A stretch of 64,000 bases of DNA from Vicugna vicugna (lineage: Eukaryota), in the NCBI GenBank assembly GCA_013265495.1, contig MU058584.1:966616-1030615 (forward strand). The letters are read 5' to 3'. The position numbers and the translations under genes are program-made. Within the stretch, counting starts at the first letter, position 1; the number at the start of each line of letters is the position of its first letter. Shown piece after piece: positions 11,563-25,182 of this stretch. The notes below the pieces were generated by a model, which was not told the DNA's origin, searched no databases, and saw only the letters and a list, made by a program, of their open reading frames with translations.

Positions 11563-12623
11563 CCTCTTCACGGTCCAGAGAGGATAGAACAAGACTCTCC
11601 CAGGCACTGTGACAAGGCTGATAAAACAAAACTGGGATCCTGACTCCTGGCTTTTGATCAGAGATCAGTGGTTGAATCCTGTATATTTCTGAATCCACAA
11701 CTGAGGAAGTGGAAAAATTTGCCCTATAGTAACATGAGTTTCCAGGGCGACACGGAAGTAGTGAGGGCCAAGGTGTTTCTCTGAGCCTCAGTTTCCTTGA
11801 CAATAAAACAGTAATCGGCGGTAGGCTCCCTACGCAACCCCCAGCCAGGTTGCTGTAAATATCAAGTGAAAAATACATGAACAACACTTTGGGGAAAAAA
11901 CCCCAGATGCACTTTGTATATACATAAAACATTATTCACCCAGTGAGAGAATTCCCTTCTACTATTCCTGAAAGTCTCCCCAAGTCTTCTCAGGGGCCTG
12001 GAGAGGATGGGGGCACTTAGGACAAAGCCATTCTGGGGCCCCTTCAGTTCATTCATTCACACATGGGCGGGTCCATGCAGCCCTTATTCCGACCATGTGC
12101 CAGGTACTAGGCTGAGACCTGAAGGTCGTGGTGAATGAGACACAGTTCTGACCCTCAGAGACTTTCACGTCTGTGACTCTGGAGTCTGACAGCGCATGCC
12201 AAATCTGAACCCTCAATATTTCAAACAGTGGGAAGGGTGGGATCTGCTGGTCACAGAATAGTACAGGCATCCAAAGCAAGTAGTCTGGGCAGCTCTGCTG
12301 AGACCACCTGGACTGGACGGGAGCTCCTCCTCCTGCCCTCACCCGTCTTCCTCCTCTGCCCTCCGCAGCACTGACAGGCAGGGACGCATCCTTCCTTCTC
12401 TCTGCATCCTTCACAACATGCATCTCAGCGCTAAGAGCACAATATGTGCCCAGGATATAAATGGATTGCTATTAATAAAGCTTTGGTGATAATAACACAG
12501 AAAAAAGCTTGGCATTGAAAGGGAAGATAAGGTCAGGACACAAGGAAGAACTTTCAAGACCGCTTACTCTTAGTCTAAAGTGTAGACTAAATTTTATGAA
12601 AGAACCCGGTGAGTAGCACTTAC

Positions 12624-12720
12624 CCTCAACCCAGGGATCTCACCGCGAGAATGCCGCCAGTTTCTCTCGCAGTGCCAGGCTGCGCCTGGATTAAGAGCTT
12701 GTTTTTCTTCAGTACACTTA
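12624..12720 (-). other. CCDC190: Candidate non-coding first exon of CCDC190 (only the donor end is defined)
   Basis: Consensus donor GAGG|GTAAGT (12623-12618) about 1 kb upstream of the ATG exon, in a locally CpG-richer patch. The 5' boundary is a guess. Confidence 0.35.
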
Positions 12721-14049
12721 GGAGTTTGGTGTCAGGGAAGGAGGGGGGAAAGGGACCTTTGGAGAGGGCTGCAGGGGAGAATTCTGAATACACTTGAAAG
12801 CGCTCTTCCGTGCCACCTCCCCTAGTCAGGAATGCCAGGTCCCCGGGGCATGGGCACCAGTCCCAGCGCTGGAAGGAGCTCCGTGAGTTAAGGAAGCCTG
12901 TCAGCCGTGCAGCCCTCCCTCCGAGCCCACAGTGCTCCTTCTGGGCTGTGTCCATGGGAGCCAAGAATGAAAGCAAGGAGTGTCTTGCAGTGTTCTCAGT
13001 CTCTCCCCCCACCCTCTTCTCCTGTTTTGCTGCACTGCTCCCCACCCCGCTCACAATGCCCGTTCTTACTTGCTGGAAACCAAATCAGGCTCCAAAAGAA
13101 GGCACCCTGTGTTTTGTTTTGTTTTTTGGGTTTTTTTTTTTTTTTGGTCAGATTGTGCACATGCTGAGCAGGAGAGTAGTTACTTTGTTTATTTTGCATT
13201 CTTGCACACTGTCTGACCTTCCCCAGGCTTCTAACCATGTTTCGTGTACTCCAGGGCATATTTAAAATCTTCAATGTTGTCACAACAGAATTAGGCTGAA
13301 TGCAATTTAAGTCAACTTTTGCGATCTCACATTGGACTCTGCAGTAGCAGGCTGGTTGGAATATTGGTTATAGAACAAGGTATCGGGAAATTTTTACTGT
13401 GGCCTTAGGGCACGTCTGAAAACAAGAGGCATGAATGTGCCACAGTCTAAAAAGAACTGCCAACGCTGGGGCCTATTAACTCCCTCAGAAGTACTGAGAG
13501 GCAGCTCAAGAGGCCCTGGTACCCACAGCCATCACCTAGCAAGCAAGCCATTGTAAGGAGATTACCAGGGAGAGGGAGAGAAAAATGCACTATTTCCACC
13601 GTGGGAGGCAATGCCTTTCCCATCCCTTCTCATGAGGTAATTCTCTCACAGCCAGAATTTAAATGAGTGGGTGGAGGTTCCGAGAAAGTCCTCACAGAGA
13701 ATCGGGTGACTACACCTGCAGAGACACGCACCTCACTCCCCGGCTGGAGACTTGATGAACAACAGAACCAGACAAGGGCCTCCACTCCAACCCTTGGTTG
13801 CTACTAGACCTGGTGATAGTGAGGGATTTCTTAGAAAAGCTTCATTATTCCGTGACACCTTGAGAGACATCTGGAAAGGGGAGGCTTGCAGAAATAATTC
13901 CAGGTCGAAGGTCAAGAACAAGCCTTAGTGCGGTGAGCCTGGGAAAGGAATGGCGGCCAGGCCCATCGTGGGTCCTGCAGGCCATCTGAGTGTGCCACAG
14001 AGGGCCTGAGCGGCTTCCTGGCTCTCTCTGTAAGGACTCAGAAACCAAA

Positions 14050-17000
14050 GCTCCACTGTTTGGAGTTTGGATTTGGTTAATCTATGTGGACAGAGATCAG
14101 AGAAATGGTTGCCCTGATTGAGGGATGTGAATGAAGACTGATGGAAAAAAAGGTTGAGGAAACTGTCTGGGGTAGATAGAGGTGGTGGTTATATGTTGCA
14201 TACATTTGTCAAAACCGACAACCTATACACTTAAGCTGTGAATTTTAAAATATATAAATTACACTTCAAAAGATTGATTGGGGAAAAAAAACCCACCTAA
14301 TTTCACCTAATGTCAAAAATATGCAGGGGGCTTCTACTTCCACCGTGAAGGACTGAGTTTTATGGGAACTGCCCGCCTGCCTTAAAAAATTAGAAAATCA
14401 AACCAAATATATTTTTTAAAAACCTCTTTTCAGATACTCAAAAACAGGCAATGCAGATTTGTGATCCCTTTGAGATAAGAAACAAGGTGAGCTCTGTGAT
14501 TGCCCCCAGTTAGTACCTGGAAGCAGTTTTCAGGCTGTGGTGTAGGAAAAAGGAACCAAAACAGAGCCCATCTGTCTCTGAGTTGATCGCACAGAGAATG
14601 AGGCAAGCAGGCATCGGTGGCTGGAATTTGCAGAACAAAGTACCAGATAGGAGGTAAATACGGAGAAAGAGGGAGAAGGGAGTGGGCTCTAGAGGTCTGC
14701 AGAGGGGTCCCTTTGAGTATCCATTGGCTGAGTATTGATCTACTCATGCAGGGAAGAAATGTCCAATAAAACTGTGGATCAATAAATAAAATGTGGTACA
14801 TTCGTATAATCGAAAACTACTCCACACTGAAAAGAGCTGCCGATGCATGAAACAACATGGATTAATCTCAAAAGCGTTATGCTAAGAGTAGGATGTCCAC
14901 ACAAAAGACGAAATCTGTACGATTTTATGTATAGGAAATTCAAGAAAAGGTACACTTGAAGTGATAGAAAGCAGATCAGTGGGTACTTGGGCTGGAGTGG
15001 GGCGAATGGACTGACCTCAAAGGACAGGAGGGAAGTTTTGGGGGGGTCTTGGAGATGATCTGTATCTTGATTGTGGTTATGTTTACATGAATGTTTTCGC
15101 CTGTCAAAACTCTTCAAACTGTGGATTCAACATGGGTGAATTCTATTGGATGTACATTATACCGCAATAAAACTGATTTTTGAAAAAGACACAAGAATCA
15201 ATATGAAAAGCTTCCATGGACCAACAATTTTTGGAGGTTGCTTAAAGCAATAACTCACTATCCTAAAAATTAACCAAGGGAAAGAATTAAGCATCTTATC
15301 CTGTCTTTCCTGTATAAACTGTATTTTCAGGTGATTGAAGACTAGATAAGGGAAAGATTTTTTATAAGACTTGCAGCTAATAGATGCAGAAGGAATAGAA
15401 ACAAGGAAATCATCATGTTTCAATCTCTAATGCAGCCATGGACCTAGACAATAGTCCTCAGTGATATTAAATCTTAGGTGGAAGGCTGAGGGAAACTTCA
15501 TAATGGCGGCTGCACCTGGCACCACTTGAACAACCATAAAGTCACTGAAAGAAGGAAAAACATTTTATTCATCATAAATATACTGAAGAAGTAGACTTGC
15601 CTAAAATATATTTAACCTGAGTCTAATCAAACCTCTAGGACTGACTACCAATTCATGGAATTAGGAAGAAATCATTCAACAACTTGAGAGAATGTGGGTC
15701 TTTCTAGAAAATTATCTGGTTTCTCTGATAAATCAACAGCCAGGGGAAAAAAAGATCAAAGCGGTGCCTCTCATAACAAAATAATCTTGACAGAAATAAA
15801 AGCCAAAGCAATCTGTTGTTTAGATCTTGATTCCCACAAGCCAACCTTTCGGATGAGTGGAAACTTGGACGGAGAATGGGTAATGGGTATCGGAAGATTT
15901 CAAGGTGTCTTGTTAACTTTACTGGTTGTGCTGGCGGCATGTGCTTGTTTTAATAAAGTTCTTATCAGAGATACATACTGAAGTGTTTGCAGATGAAAAG
16001 ATGTAATGCAGTATTTTGTATTGGCTGTAAAGTACTCCTGCAAAAAGTAAAATACTAAAACAGGTGTCTAAGTGTTTGCCTACGTGGGAATGGATGACAC
16101 AAAACTGGCGAAATGTTGAGAATTGTTGATGCTGGGAAATGGGCACAAGAGGGTTTATTAGATGATTCTTCCTAATTTTGAACATGTTTTAAATTCCCCA
16201 TAATAAAAAGTTATGAAAAATTTTGAGGCAGTCAGACTGAAGGGAAAACTTATATTCAAGAGTGACAATTACATTTTTGCTGGTTTTTAAACAGTAATAA
16301 GAGAAATCAGAGCACAGTGGAATATCTTCAGGAGCCTGAAAGAAAATGTATCGACCTCAAATTCTACACACATTTTCAGGCAGATAAACAAAAAAGCAGA
16401 GTTTGTTCTCCACTAAAGAAAGTTCTGAAAGATGTGCTTCAGACAGAAAGCAATGTTCTTAGATGTAGGACTGAGATGCAAGAAGGAATGAAGGGAAAGA
16501 AAGCTGCAGGTCAGTGGGTACAAAGTCACTGAATCCTGGCTGTGTAAAAGTGGGATCTGGAAAATGAAATGTTTCATGCACAGCAATAAAGCACAGAGTT
16601 TTCAAAGGAGTAAAACAATTAAGTGTTCTGTGGCTCCTTCATTGCCCAAGAGAAGGGTAAAGACATTAATTAACATTATACTTCCATAAATTAAGATTCA
16701 TGTTATTTCTGGGGTAGCTACCAAACGGATTAAATAAGGTTTACAATGATTTACAAGCTAGCAGAGGATAAGAATTGAAATGGCAGAAAAACCCACAATG
16801 AATCTGAAAAGGGAGTGAGAAAGATGAAGGAAACAAAGTACAAAATAAGATAGAAATTTAAGTCCAAATGTATCAGTAATTATGTATATATATATATATA
16901 TGTATGACTAAATTTTCGAATTAAATGTTTAGAATTGTCAGACTGAATGTTTTTTAAAAAGGAGCGTCATGACAGCAAAATGGTTCTAAATACAAACGCA

Positions 17001-17260
17001 AGTGGAAACAATAAAATCACGTGAAGTTTCTCAGGTGAACGTTGCTGAGATGATCCAAATATTTAAAATTGTTCCCCAAAACATGGACTTGAAATAGACA
17101 AGGTTATTGAAATAACTATAGAAAAAAAACGAACATCCAGAATTACAGTGAAAATGTTAATTTGCCTCTATCAATAATTAAGAGAATCAATTAAGAATCA
17201 TTAAGGACATGGGATATTTGAAAAACACAATGGCAAATTCAGTCTCACAGACATATATGG
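14050..17260 (+). mobile_element. Cluster of old L1M fragments (5' end piece, several 3' ends, ORF1/ORF2 remnants)
   Basis: L1 3' motifs (aataaaatgtggtacattcgtataatcgaaaactac; tgtatcttgattgtgg; tgtcaaaactcttcaaactgt), A-rich plus strand, no intact ORF. Confidence 0.75.
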
Positions 17261-19041
17261 GATGTCACCCTGCTTTTGAGGAAGGTTTCTGGAAGGTGCT
17301 GCAAGATACTTCTGCTTATCATTCATTGACCTGAACTTATCCACAAGGCCACAGCTTGATCCAAGGGAATCCTGGCAATGTGATATGTGTTTTCCCCTGG
17401 ACATCTGCATAGATGTAAAATCTCTTTAAATCTTTGGGGTTTCATTCCTTTAAAGAAGGAGAAACTTGTATTAGGAGACAACCAGTAGTCTCTGCCACAA
17501 ATACTCCTACCCGGGGACAGATAGCTAAGAGTTACTGAAGGTCCACCACCTTTCATATGTGACAGGCTGCAACCAGATAAGTACTAAACAGTGCAATTAT
17601 GATAAATGCAAAAGCAACCTCTAAAGTCACGTGGCAGGACTCACTCACAAGGTGGTCATCCTGACATTAGAATATTAGGTTAACGTGAATTTTTTAAGAT
17701 TGTATTTCAGACCAAGCACATGCACATGCACGCATACCTTTCTATACAAAACTTAAAAATCCCTTCCATTCTATTTATGGACACCTGTTTGAGAAGAGTC
17801 GGTGCAGAAAATGATACTCACACAACAATTTTCAAGGTATAGCCAGCATCTCATCTCCCATACCTTCCCACACCTCCCCGGGGCTGTTTGCATTTCGCCA
17901 AAGACAGCCTGAATTCTCAAGGCTCAAGGTCCTGGCACAGACTATTCTCTCTCTCCCTGGCTCATTACCACGCACCACCCCTAAACTTGGCTTTTTTGTT
18001 CCCCTCAGAGGAATAGAGGGCAGGCAGGCAACCTTATCTCTCCAGAGGGAGTTAGGCACACTTTTTTCTCCGTTCCCCTGTTACATGCAAAACATACAGT
18101 ACACTTGATGTTACTATTACTAATATCACTATTATTCTTATGTCATTCAACAGTAACCATTAACGCATCGCAATTAAAAAAAAAAAAACCCTAAGTGCTC
18201 TTTAACCTTTTATTTGTCATTTTTTTCACTGCAAAATCCTTGAGAGGAAGGATTTAAAAAAATTATTATTGGTATCTTCAGCATGCAGCACAGTGCGTGG
18301 CTCATGATAAAGGTTCAGTTAATGTTTGCTGAGTTACGCATAAATTAGAAAAAAGAAATTGGCAAGTTAAGCTCCGCTGGAAGCTTACGCAACTCAAACT
18401 TTTAATTTTCCCATCACATTAATAACCAAGGGCACTTTAGGTCTTCTCTGATCAAACCGACAAGATGAGACTGTTTTTAAAATAATGCCAGCTGTCTCAC
18501 AAGTATTTTGAGCGGGGAAGATCACAGCCTTCAGGGTATACCCAATACTGGTAATGGGTATCCCATACTAGCTGTAGGTTGACTGCCATGTTCCCTCCAC
18601 TGGCTCCTTCCTGATTTATAGCTGAGCTTCTTGACCTTTGTCTCTCCATTTTACATTAAAATAAGCTTTTTGTGAGCTTGTCAGTTTTCTGAAAACCATC
18701 AGCCTTGGCCAGAAGGGAAGTGGTGCACTAAGGTGCCCAGAGGGCACGTTTCTCTAGTGGGGGTGGGGTGTTCCAGGAAAGCAGGGTGGACAACTTCTTT
18801 ATTTCTGGTAATGAGGCTTCAGCCTTCCTCATGCAGTGATCAGAGAACAGCAGGGGCCACCCCCGTCAAGGAAAAAGTACACAGAGTTATTGAACTAGCA
18901 CGCTCCTGCTCTCACCGGCTGTTTAATGGGTAACCGTACACAGTAAGTGGATTTCCATAGTGACACAGTCTTGCAAAAGCCACCCCACCCACAGAACCAA
19001 ACATCTACCTCTCCTCTCCGCTCTGAGTGCTGAAGAGGGGC

Positions 19042-19436
19042 TGTATGTGGTTTCCGGGGTGGCCATAACAAAGTACCACAAATTCTGTGATTGAAAACAA
19101 CAGAAATTTACCCTCTCATCGTTCTGGAGGATAGGACTTTAAACCCAAGGTGTGGACTGAGCTATACACACTCCTAAGACTCTAGAGGAGGGACCTTCCT
19201 TACCTTGTCCAGGTCGTGGGAGCTCCAGCCACTCCTTTGGCTTGTGGCAGCATAATTCTAGTCCCCTCCTTCACCTTCTCATGGCCGCCTTCTCTGTGTC
19301 CCACTCTAATTCAGTATGAACTCATCTTAAATTGATTACATCATTAAAGAAGATTTCTAGGTAAGGTCAGGTTTTATAGGTACCAGGGGTTAGGACTTAA
19401 CACATTGTTTTGGGGGCCATGATTCAACCCACGAGA
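19042..19436 (-). mobile_element. MLT1 (MLT1A/C-like) MaLR solo LTR
   Basis: tgtatgtggtttcc...gccataacaaagtaccac...cagaaatttaccctctcatcgttctggagg...gattcaaccc is reverse-complement MLT1. Confidence 0.85.
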
Positions 19437-20396
19437 GGGACTTTTAAAAAAGTCTTACAGAGCCCTTTCTTCTGCGCCAGTGTTATCTAATTTTCATTTC
19501 CAATTTTTACAAATAATTTGTATATTTTAAAATTAAACATTGCTGTTGTCTTAATGTTTACTCTGTTCACTGCTGGGAGTTATACTATTTTAATGACCAA
19601 ACACATCTTATTAATCTACTGTAAAATTTTCAGTAATGCGACGTGTCTTAATGTAGCCTCGTCACCATTTGATTTACTTACTTCTGTTGAGGGCACTCTC
19701 ATTTCTCCATCTCCTTGGACTTGTTACCACCACTGGCTCCTCTTTATTCTGTGACCTGAATGTCCATCACTTAACTCCTCGGCTGGAGTATCCCTTGCTT
19801 CCATTTCTTCCTTCCCACTTGCTGTCATCATCCTTTGACTCCTTATGCCTGAGTCATGTCAATTCTGATAACTGATTTCTCTGCTTTGGCCTCTCTTTGG
19901 GGCTCCACCAGATTTGTACCCATCCCACCTCGTTGTTTAAAATCTTTCTATAATACGTCTTTGTTTGAGAAATGAAAGAAAAATGCTCCAACGTGAAAGA
20001 ACTTAGGATTTCGATATGAAAACATAGCTCTATGGTGTGGGTTGACAGAACAGTTCACGTTCCACGTTTCTTACAATTATATTTACAGCGTGAAAAATTA
20101 CAGCTGCAGCAATGTACATAACTATCTCCAACACGCCCAATTATCAAAGAAAAGTTAAATTTTGTTGCCAACTGAGGCTTACAAAGGTAGGAAATAGGAA
20201 AAAATATAACTCAGAAAGATAGTGAATAAATATTGATATAAAAGAGATTTTTATAACAATGCTTAATATTTAGCAAGTATGAAATTAAGAGATCTGCTTA
20301 GTGCAGAAAATTTGGAAAATATAGAAAAGTACAGGGAAAATAGTGAGAAAAAACACCTGTGATCTCATCAGCCTGTTTACTTTTGAAATGCTTCTC

Positions 20397-20462
20397 TTTT
20401 TTGTTTTAATTGAAGTACAGTAAGTTTACAGCGTTGTGTCACTTCCGGTGTACAGCATAATG
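20397..20462 (-). mobile_element. Very short L1 3'-end insertion
   Basis: ttttaattgaagtacagtaagtttacagcgttgtgtcacttccggtgtacagca parallels the 3' end of the L1 copy at 53870-53920. Confidence 0.7.
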
Positions 20463-20720
20463 TCTCTTCTTTAAGGAGAAAACCTGTTTCATGAAAAGCT
20501 GCTCTTTCCAAGGCGACCGGAAACCTCCGTAAATCCCCACCCCTCTGTCTCAGCCTGTATTTTACTTAGTTAGCCAATACATGCTCATTCCATGCCTGGC
20601 ATTTTTCACAGATTCTCCTCTTATGTTTGAGAGCTGGGTTTCAGAGGCTTCCTTTTTCCAAAACCAATCTTTAGAGGAATTGGGGTCTTGAAGATTTTCC
20701 AAACCATCTCAAATCTTACT

Positions 20721-20734
20721 GCACCACCTGCTGG
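20721..20734 (-). promoter_or_regulatory. Candidate CTCF binding motif
   Basis: Minus strand reads CCAGCAGGTGGTGC(AGT), one mismatch to the core consensus. Motif match only. Confidence 0.45.
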
Positions 20735-23486
20735 AGGTAAAGGAAGTAGGGAGGTTACCAACCAGCAGCACCTGTGAACGGTGTAGAGGGGCTTTTCCTA
20801 GAGTGGGGTGCGCCAGCGTCAGAGAGGCGTCCCGCCCACTCTCCATCAACGCCCACAGGCCTCCTCAAACATCTTGCTTCAAGGCAGGCAAGTTCAGCTG
20901 TGAACTCAACTACTCACTGCCGAGAAGCTGATGCCACCACTCTGCTTGTAATGATCCTATCTGACCCAGCCCCTGGAATTGACAAATGGAAGATATTTTT
21001 GGCTTCAAATCTCCATTCAGCATTCCCTCTATTAAGACAAGGAGCCTGGGAATGGTTGTGGAGATGCAAACAGCTGAATTTGGAAGCTCCTGGAGGGAAG
21101 TGGAAGCGGCCAGAGCAGAGAGCGCATCAGTGTCTCCCCACTTGTGGGAGACGGACGTATCTGTTTCAGGCTTTTCCCTGCCACACGTCTCCCTTTACTT
21201 CCATCCCATCCTCATTTCCTCCATCTCTGCACGGGGGCAGCAGTTCAAAGGCTGCAAACTCCTGGGTTCTTTATTAAAGAGGTTATCTTTTGAGAAGCTG
21301 GAGACTTTTCTTAAGATTTTTCACTCATTGCTTTCACATCTCCTTACTTCTTAAGGAGTCCTACAGCCAGGGATTCTGCTCCTGCCCTTGGCCATTGATT
21401 TTGGAATTCTGTCACCACCATGGTCAAGAGTTTTCTTTCTGGGTTAATTCAATGTATGCACATTGAGCATTACACTGTGCTATCAGGAGAGACATTGAGA
21501 AAGAGAAAAATAATTCTTGCCCTAAGGAAGTGAAAATCAAGTAGGGAGGAAGTAGTAAGTAGAAAGATGAAGAGACTCCAAAATTAAGTTTGTTCACCAC
21601 TTTAAAATATTCTATAAACAAGGAACATAAAACAAAAGAAGTCATATGCTTAGGGAAATTTATGATCAGAGAGAAATAACTTGAACCAAAGCACCTTTTG
21701 GAATCAGCAGAAGCATCTCAGTTAATTTGGGGGCCGTTTGTAATTAAAACCAAGGAAAGAAGAAATTAAATTTGTTTTTACTGCAATAAAGTCAGGGTTA
21801 TTATTTTGCAAGTAAAGTTAAAGACCTTTTTTTTTGCTTTTACAAGGAAAATATGGATTAGTCTATATGGTCATTGGAAGAAAATGAATTTATGAGGCAG
21901 CAGACTGTGTTAACACTTTATGTGAACTAGGAGGGAAATAGGGTGGAGCAGTGCCTTAAAGTTGGAGCACCTGCTTCTCCCTCTGTCCTCCCTCCACCCC
22001 CCAGGTCACCGCACTTCCCCTTTCAACACTGATACTCCCTAAGTCATCTTCTGCTCCCTTTCGACATCCCTAGGACCAAAGCTCATCCCTTCATGATTCT
22101 AAATTCAGCCAAATTTGGATTAAAAAGAATGTCTTGGAGATTCAACCGTTGCCTGAAATGGAAGAGCTTTCAAGACACAGAAAATGTTTGGGGGTGAGGC
22201 TTTGCTGTTCTCTGAGGTGTAAGGCATAAAGACGGGAGAGGGAGGGTTCAAAGACAAAGATTAAGGGCATTGAATTGTCGGTAAATAAAAGGGCTTCCAC
22301 TTTGAAACATCTGAAACACTTGTGTGGTCAAGGGAGTACTTGCTATCACTTGGTGATGATGGTGACGATATCCAGTTCCATGACTTTATCTTGCTTTCAG
22401 ACAATTAAAAAAATAATCCAACAAAGAACTATTAAACCTGTGTTTAAATTGAGTTGCATGGGCTACAGAAGTAACCACTGACCTGAAATTAGGTTACGGT
22501 TGGAACTTCAGTTGGATACATGTAGTTAAAGCTGTTCAAGTGAAAACTTGTAGTTTCTGAATCTGACACAGGGTGGCGCTCCTAAACCACTCTGCGCAAG
22601 GCCTTGCTGCTCTGGGACGGGTTGCAGTGGGAATGCCTGAGCCCGGGCAAGACCTCTGGTGGGTGAACAAGAACTCAGCATGAGCTCCTGTCTGACCCGA
22701 TAAGTGGACCCTCTCTTCTTCCCTTCACCTTTGTTTTACATTTAACATTTGCTGTCCTGTAGTCCCCCACATCCTGTTTCATTAAGCTGGGTTTTCATTT
22801 TTTAACGTGACTTATGCTGAAACTATTTGTTTTTTCATGATGGAAGTTAGAACACATTTAAAAAAAATACTTTTTTTAAAGGACAAAACTAAGCCGCGTG
22901 ATTTCATTCTCTCTTCTTTGATGTTAAAGTGAAATAGAGATGAATTTTTGGTATCAATTTAGAATAGAATTCCTTCAGGGTCCGCTCTTGATTCTGAACC
23001 TCCAAAGCCATTCTGAAGTTAAATTCACAACATAAGATGGTGCCAAGCAAATGTGACTTAGATGGTTGTCTTATACAATTTGCCTGGGCAGGAGGTTTGA
23101 CTTGCTCTTTTAACTTATTAAGGACTGTCTCACTGTCGTTCCACTTACTTTCGTTATCAGCTCTCACTTGATAATGCTAACTGGCCGATGGGGAGGAAGG
23201 AAGCAAAGAGGAGCTCAGCCGATCTGCCTCAGCTCTGCCATCTGTCAAGATGACATCCCTTCTTAAGCCGTGGTCCTCTCCTTTCCTGTTTATCTGGACA
23301 TGAGACAGCCACCTCTTCTCCCTGCGAAAAGGAGCCTCCTGTGTTCTTCTAACTCAGATGCTGCCTTTTTGCCATCTGTCTTCACGAGTTCCAGGCCCTG
23401 TTGGAAGGCAGCTGCGTTCACCTCTGTACCACCAATGCCTCTCCCAGGCCATACTGGAAGTAGACTGAGTGTCTTCCATTTTTTGC

Positions 23487-23675
23487 TACACATGTACACA
23501 TATATATGCATATACCATATATTATATATATACATATACATATATAATATATACATATACATACAACACATATACATAAATGTATACATATATGTGTATA
23601 TATAGAGAGAGAAGTGTGTGTATATGTGTATATATATTTATAGCTACATATTTATTTGTGTCTATATAATATAGA
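23487..23675. repeat. (TA)n/(TACA)n low-complexity repeat
   Basis: Directly visible alternating purine-pyrimidine tract. Confidence 0.9.
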
Positions 23676-25151
23676 GAGCAGCCCATGCACCCCCTAGGTT
23701 TTGCGCTAATTCCCTTTGTTCCTTATTTTCTCATTATTTTCAAGGAACTTCGCACTCCTTTTAGGCACATCTCTGGGTCATAGACTTCTCTTTTCTGGAC
23801 TTTGGTCTGCCTCCCTAAAGGCAAGGGTGGCCACACAGTCCCGCCTTTCTTGGTGTTAACAGACTCCAAGATGACACTTCTCTTACATCTCTCTCTCTCT
23901 GTTGAAGACCAATATTTGTCTTTGTTTCCACGTCTCCGGTTGGTTCTTTTTCTTTGCCTTAAGTCCTCGAATTTTAGTTTATGACAGTGATTTTCCTTTA
24001 TGCTTCTGAAAGTCAAACATGTGAGCTGTGACGAGAACATAGCTGAAATTTAAAGAAACTGCTTATTAATATGAGTACATTTCTTAGCAGCATGCCTATC
24101 CCATAGTTATCACCCATGGGCTGAAGAGTATTATTATTATTAGTTCCTCATCCAATTTAATTCAATTTGCTTTTTTCAAATACCTACTTGATGCCAAACA
24201 TTTTGTACTGGCGATGTGAAAATTAGTAAGTCACGATCTCTTTCCTTGAGAAACTCAAAACCAGGGCAGGAGACAGGCATCTTAAACTAATAACTGAAAA
24301 ACAATGTGCTCACTCCAAGTAGGAATTGTTGGGTAGAATGGTGAGAGAAGATGGGAGAAGAATCAGGGAAGCCTGTGCTCAATTCTTAAAACGACCGCGT
24401 GAAGCAACTGCTGTGTCACCATCAGCCTCACGCTGCAGGAAAGGAAAGCCAGGGGAGAGAAGTTAGGGAAGTGTCTGGCTGAGGGTGGCAACGCTGGGGT
24501 CTGGACCCAGGAGTTCTGGCACTCAGAGGTTGTGTTCTGGACCACTCCCCTGCTTCCGGCAGGGCTTATGAGGCGGAGCAGAGCAGGAGGGCATTCCAGG
24601 AAGGCGGGACAGGCTGTGCTCATCATGGACGCAAGAAAACGTGGGGTCTTCACAAAAGCCTGGTTAGGTGTGGCGGGACACAGCCAGTCATGCGAGGAAT
24701 GGCGTGACACTCGGGACTTCCCCCGACATTCGTTGTCCTCATCTTCTGTTTTGGACATAAGGCTGCCTTGACTTGAGTGGGTGACCCTGACCCATCTTGG
24801 GGGAAGGATGTGCATTTAGTCATTGTGCCATCTGGAGCAGAGGAGGGTGGAATTTGCTCCTGTGCACCCCATCCTCTGAGTGGCCATTAGTCTTCTTGCT
24901 GCCGACAGACAGCCTTCTACAGGTTTACAGAAAAAGGGCTGTGGAGGTGAAAACAGTTTCTCCATGGCCCCAGCCCAAGAACCTCAGAGCAGCCTCCCCT
25001 TATCTCAGGCTTGGGCTGCCCGGGGATGTGACAGTCACCAGTGCAGACGGCTTTTTGCTCGACAGTCCTGGATGTTCTGGTATCTCTCATCTGTTTCTGC
25101 TTTAAACCAAGCCATGTTTCTAATGACATCCCTGAGAGAATGAATCCAGGC

Positions 25152-25179
<28 letters not shown>
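25152..25179. repeat. (GT)n microsatellite, about 14 units
   Basis: Directly visible perfect repeat. Confidence 0.95.

Positions 25180-25182
<3 letters not shown>

Noticed and set aside
11020..11607. 195-aa ORF as a single-exon protein
   Set aside because: Only 11376-11562 is CCDC190 homologous. The rest is read-through past a consensus donor into the intron, and upstream sequence from a non-ATG start.
20774..21354. Overlapping 167-aa and 122-aa ORFs
   Set aside because: Non-ATG starts, no recognisable domain or exon structure; expected by chance in GC-moderate mammalian DNA.
23270..23605. ORFs rich in Y/I/M on both strands
   Set aside because: Artefacts of translating the (TA)n repeat.
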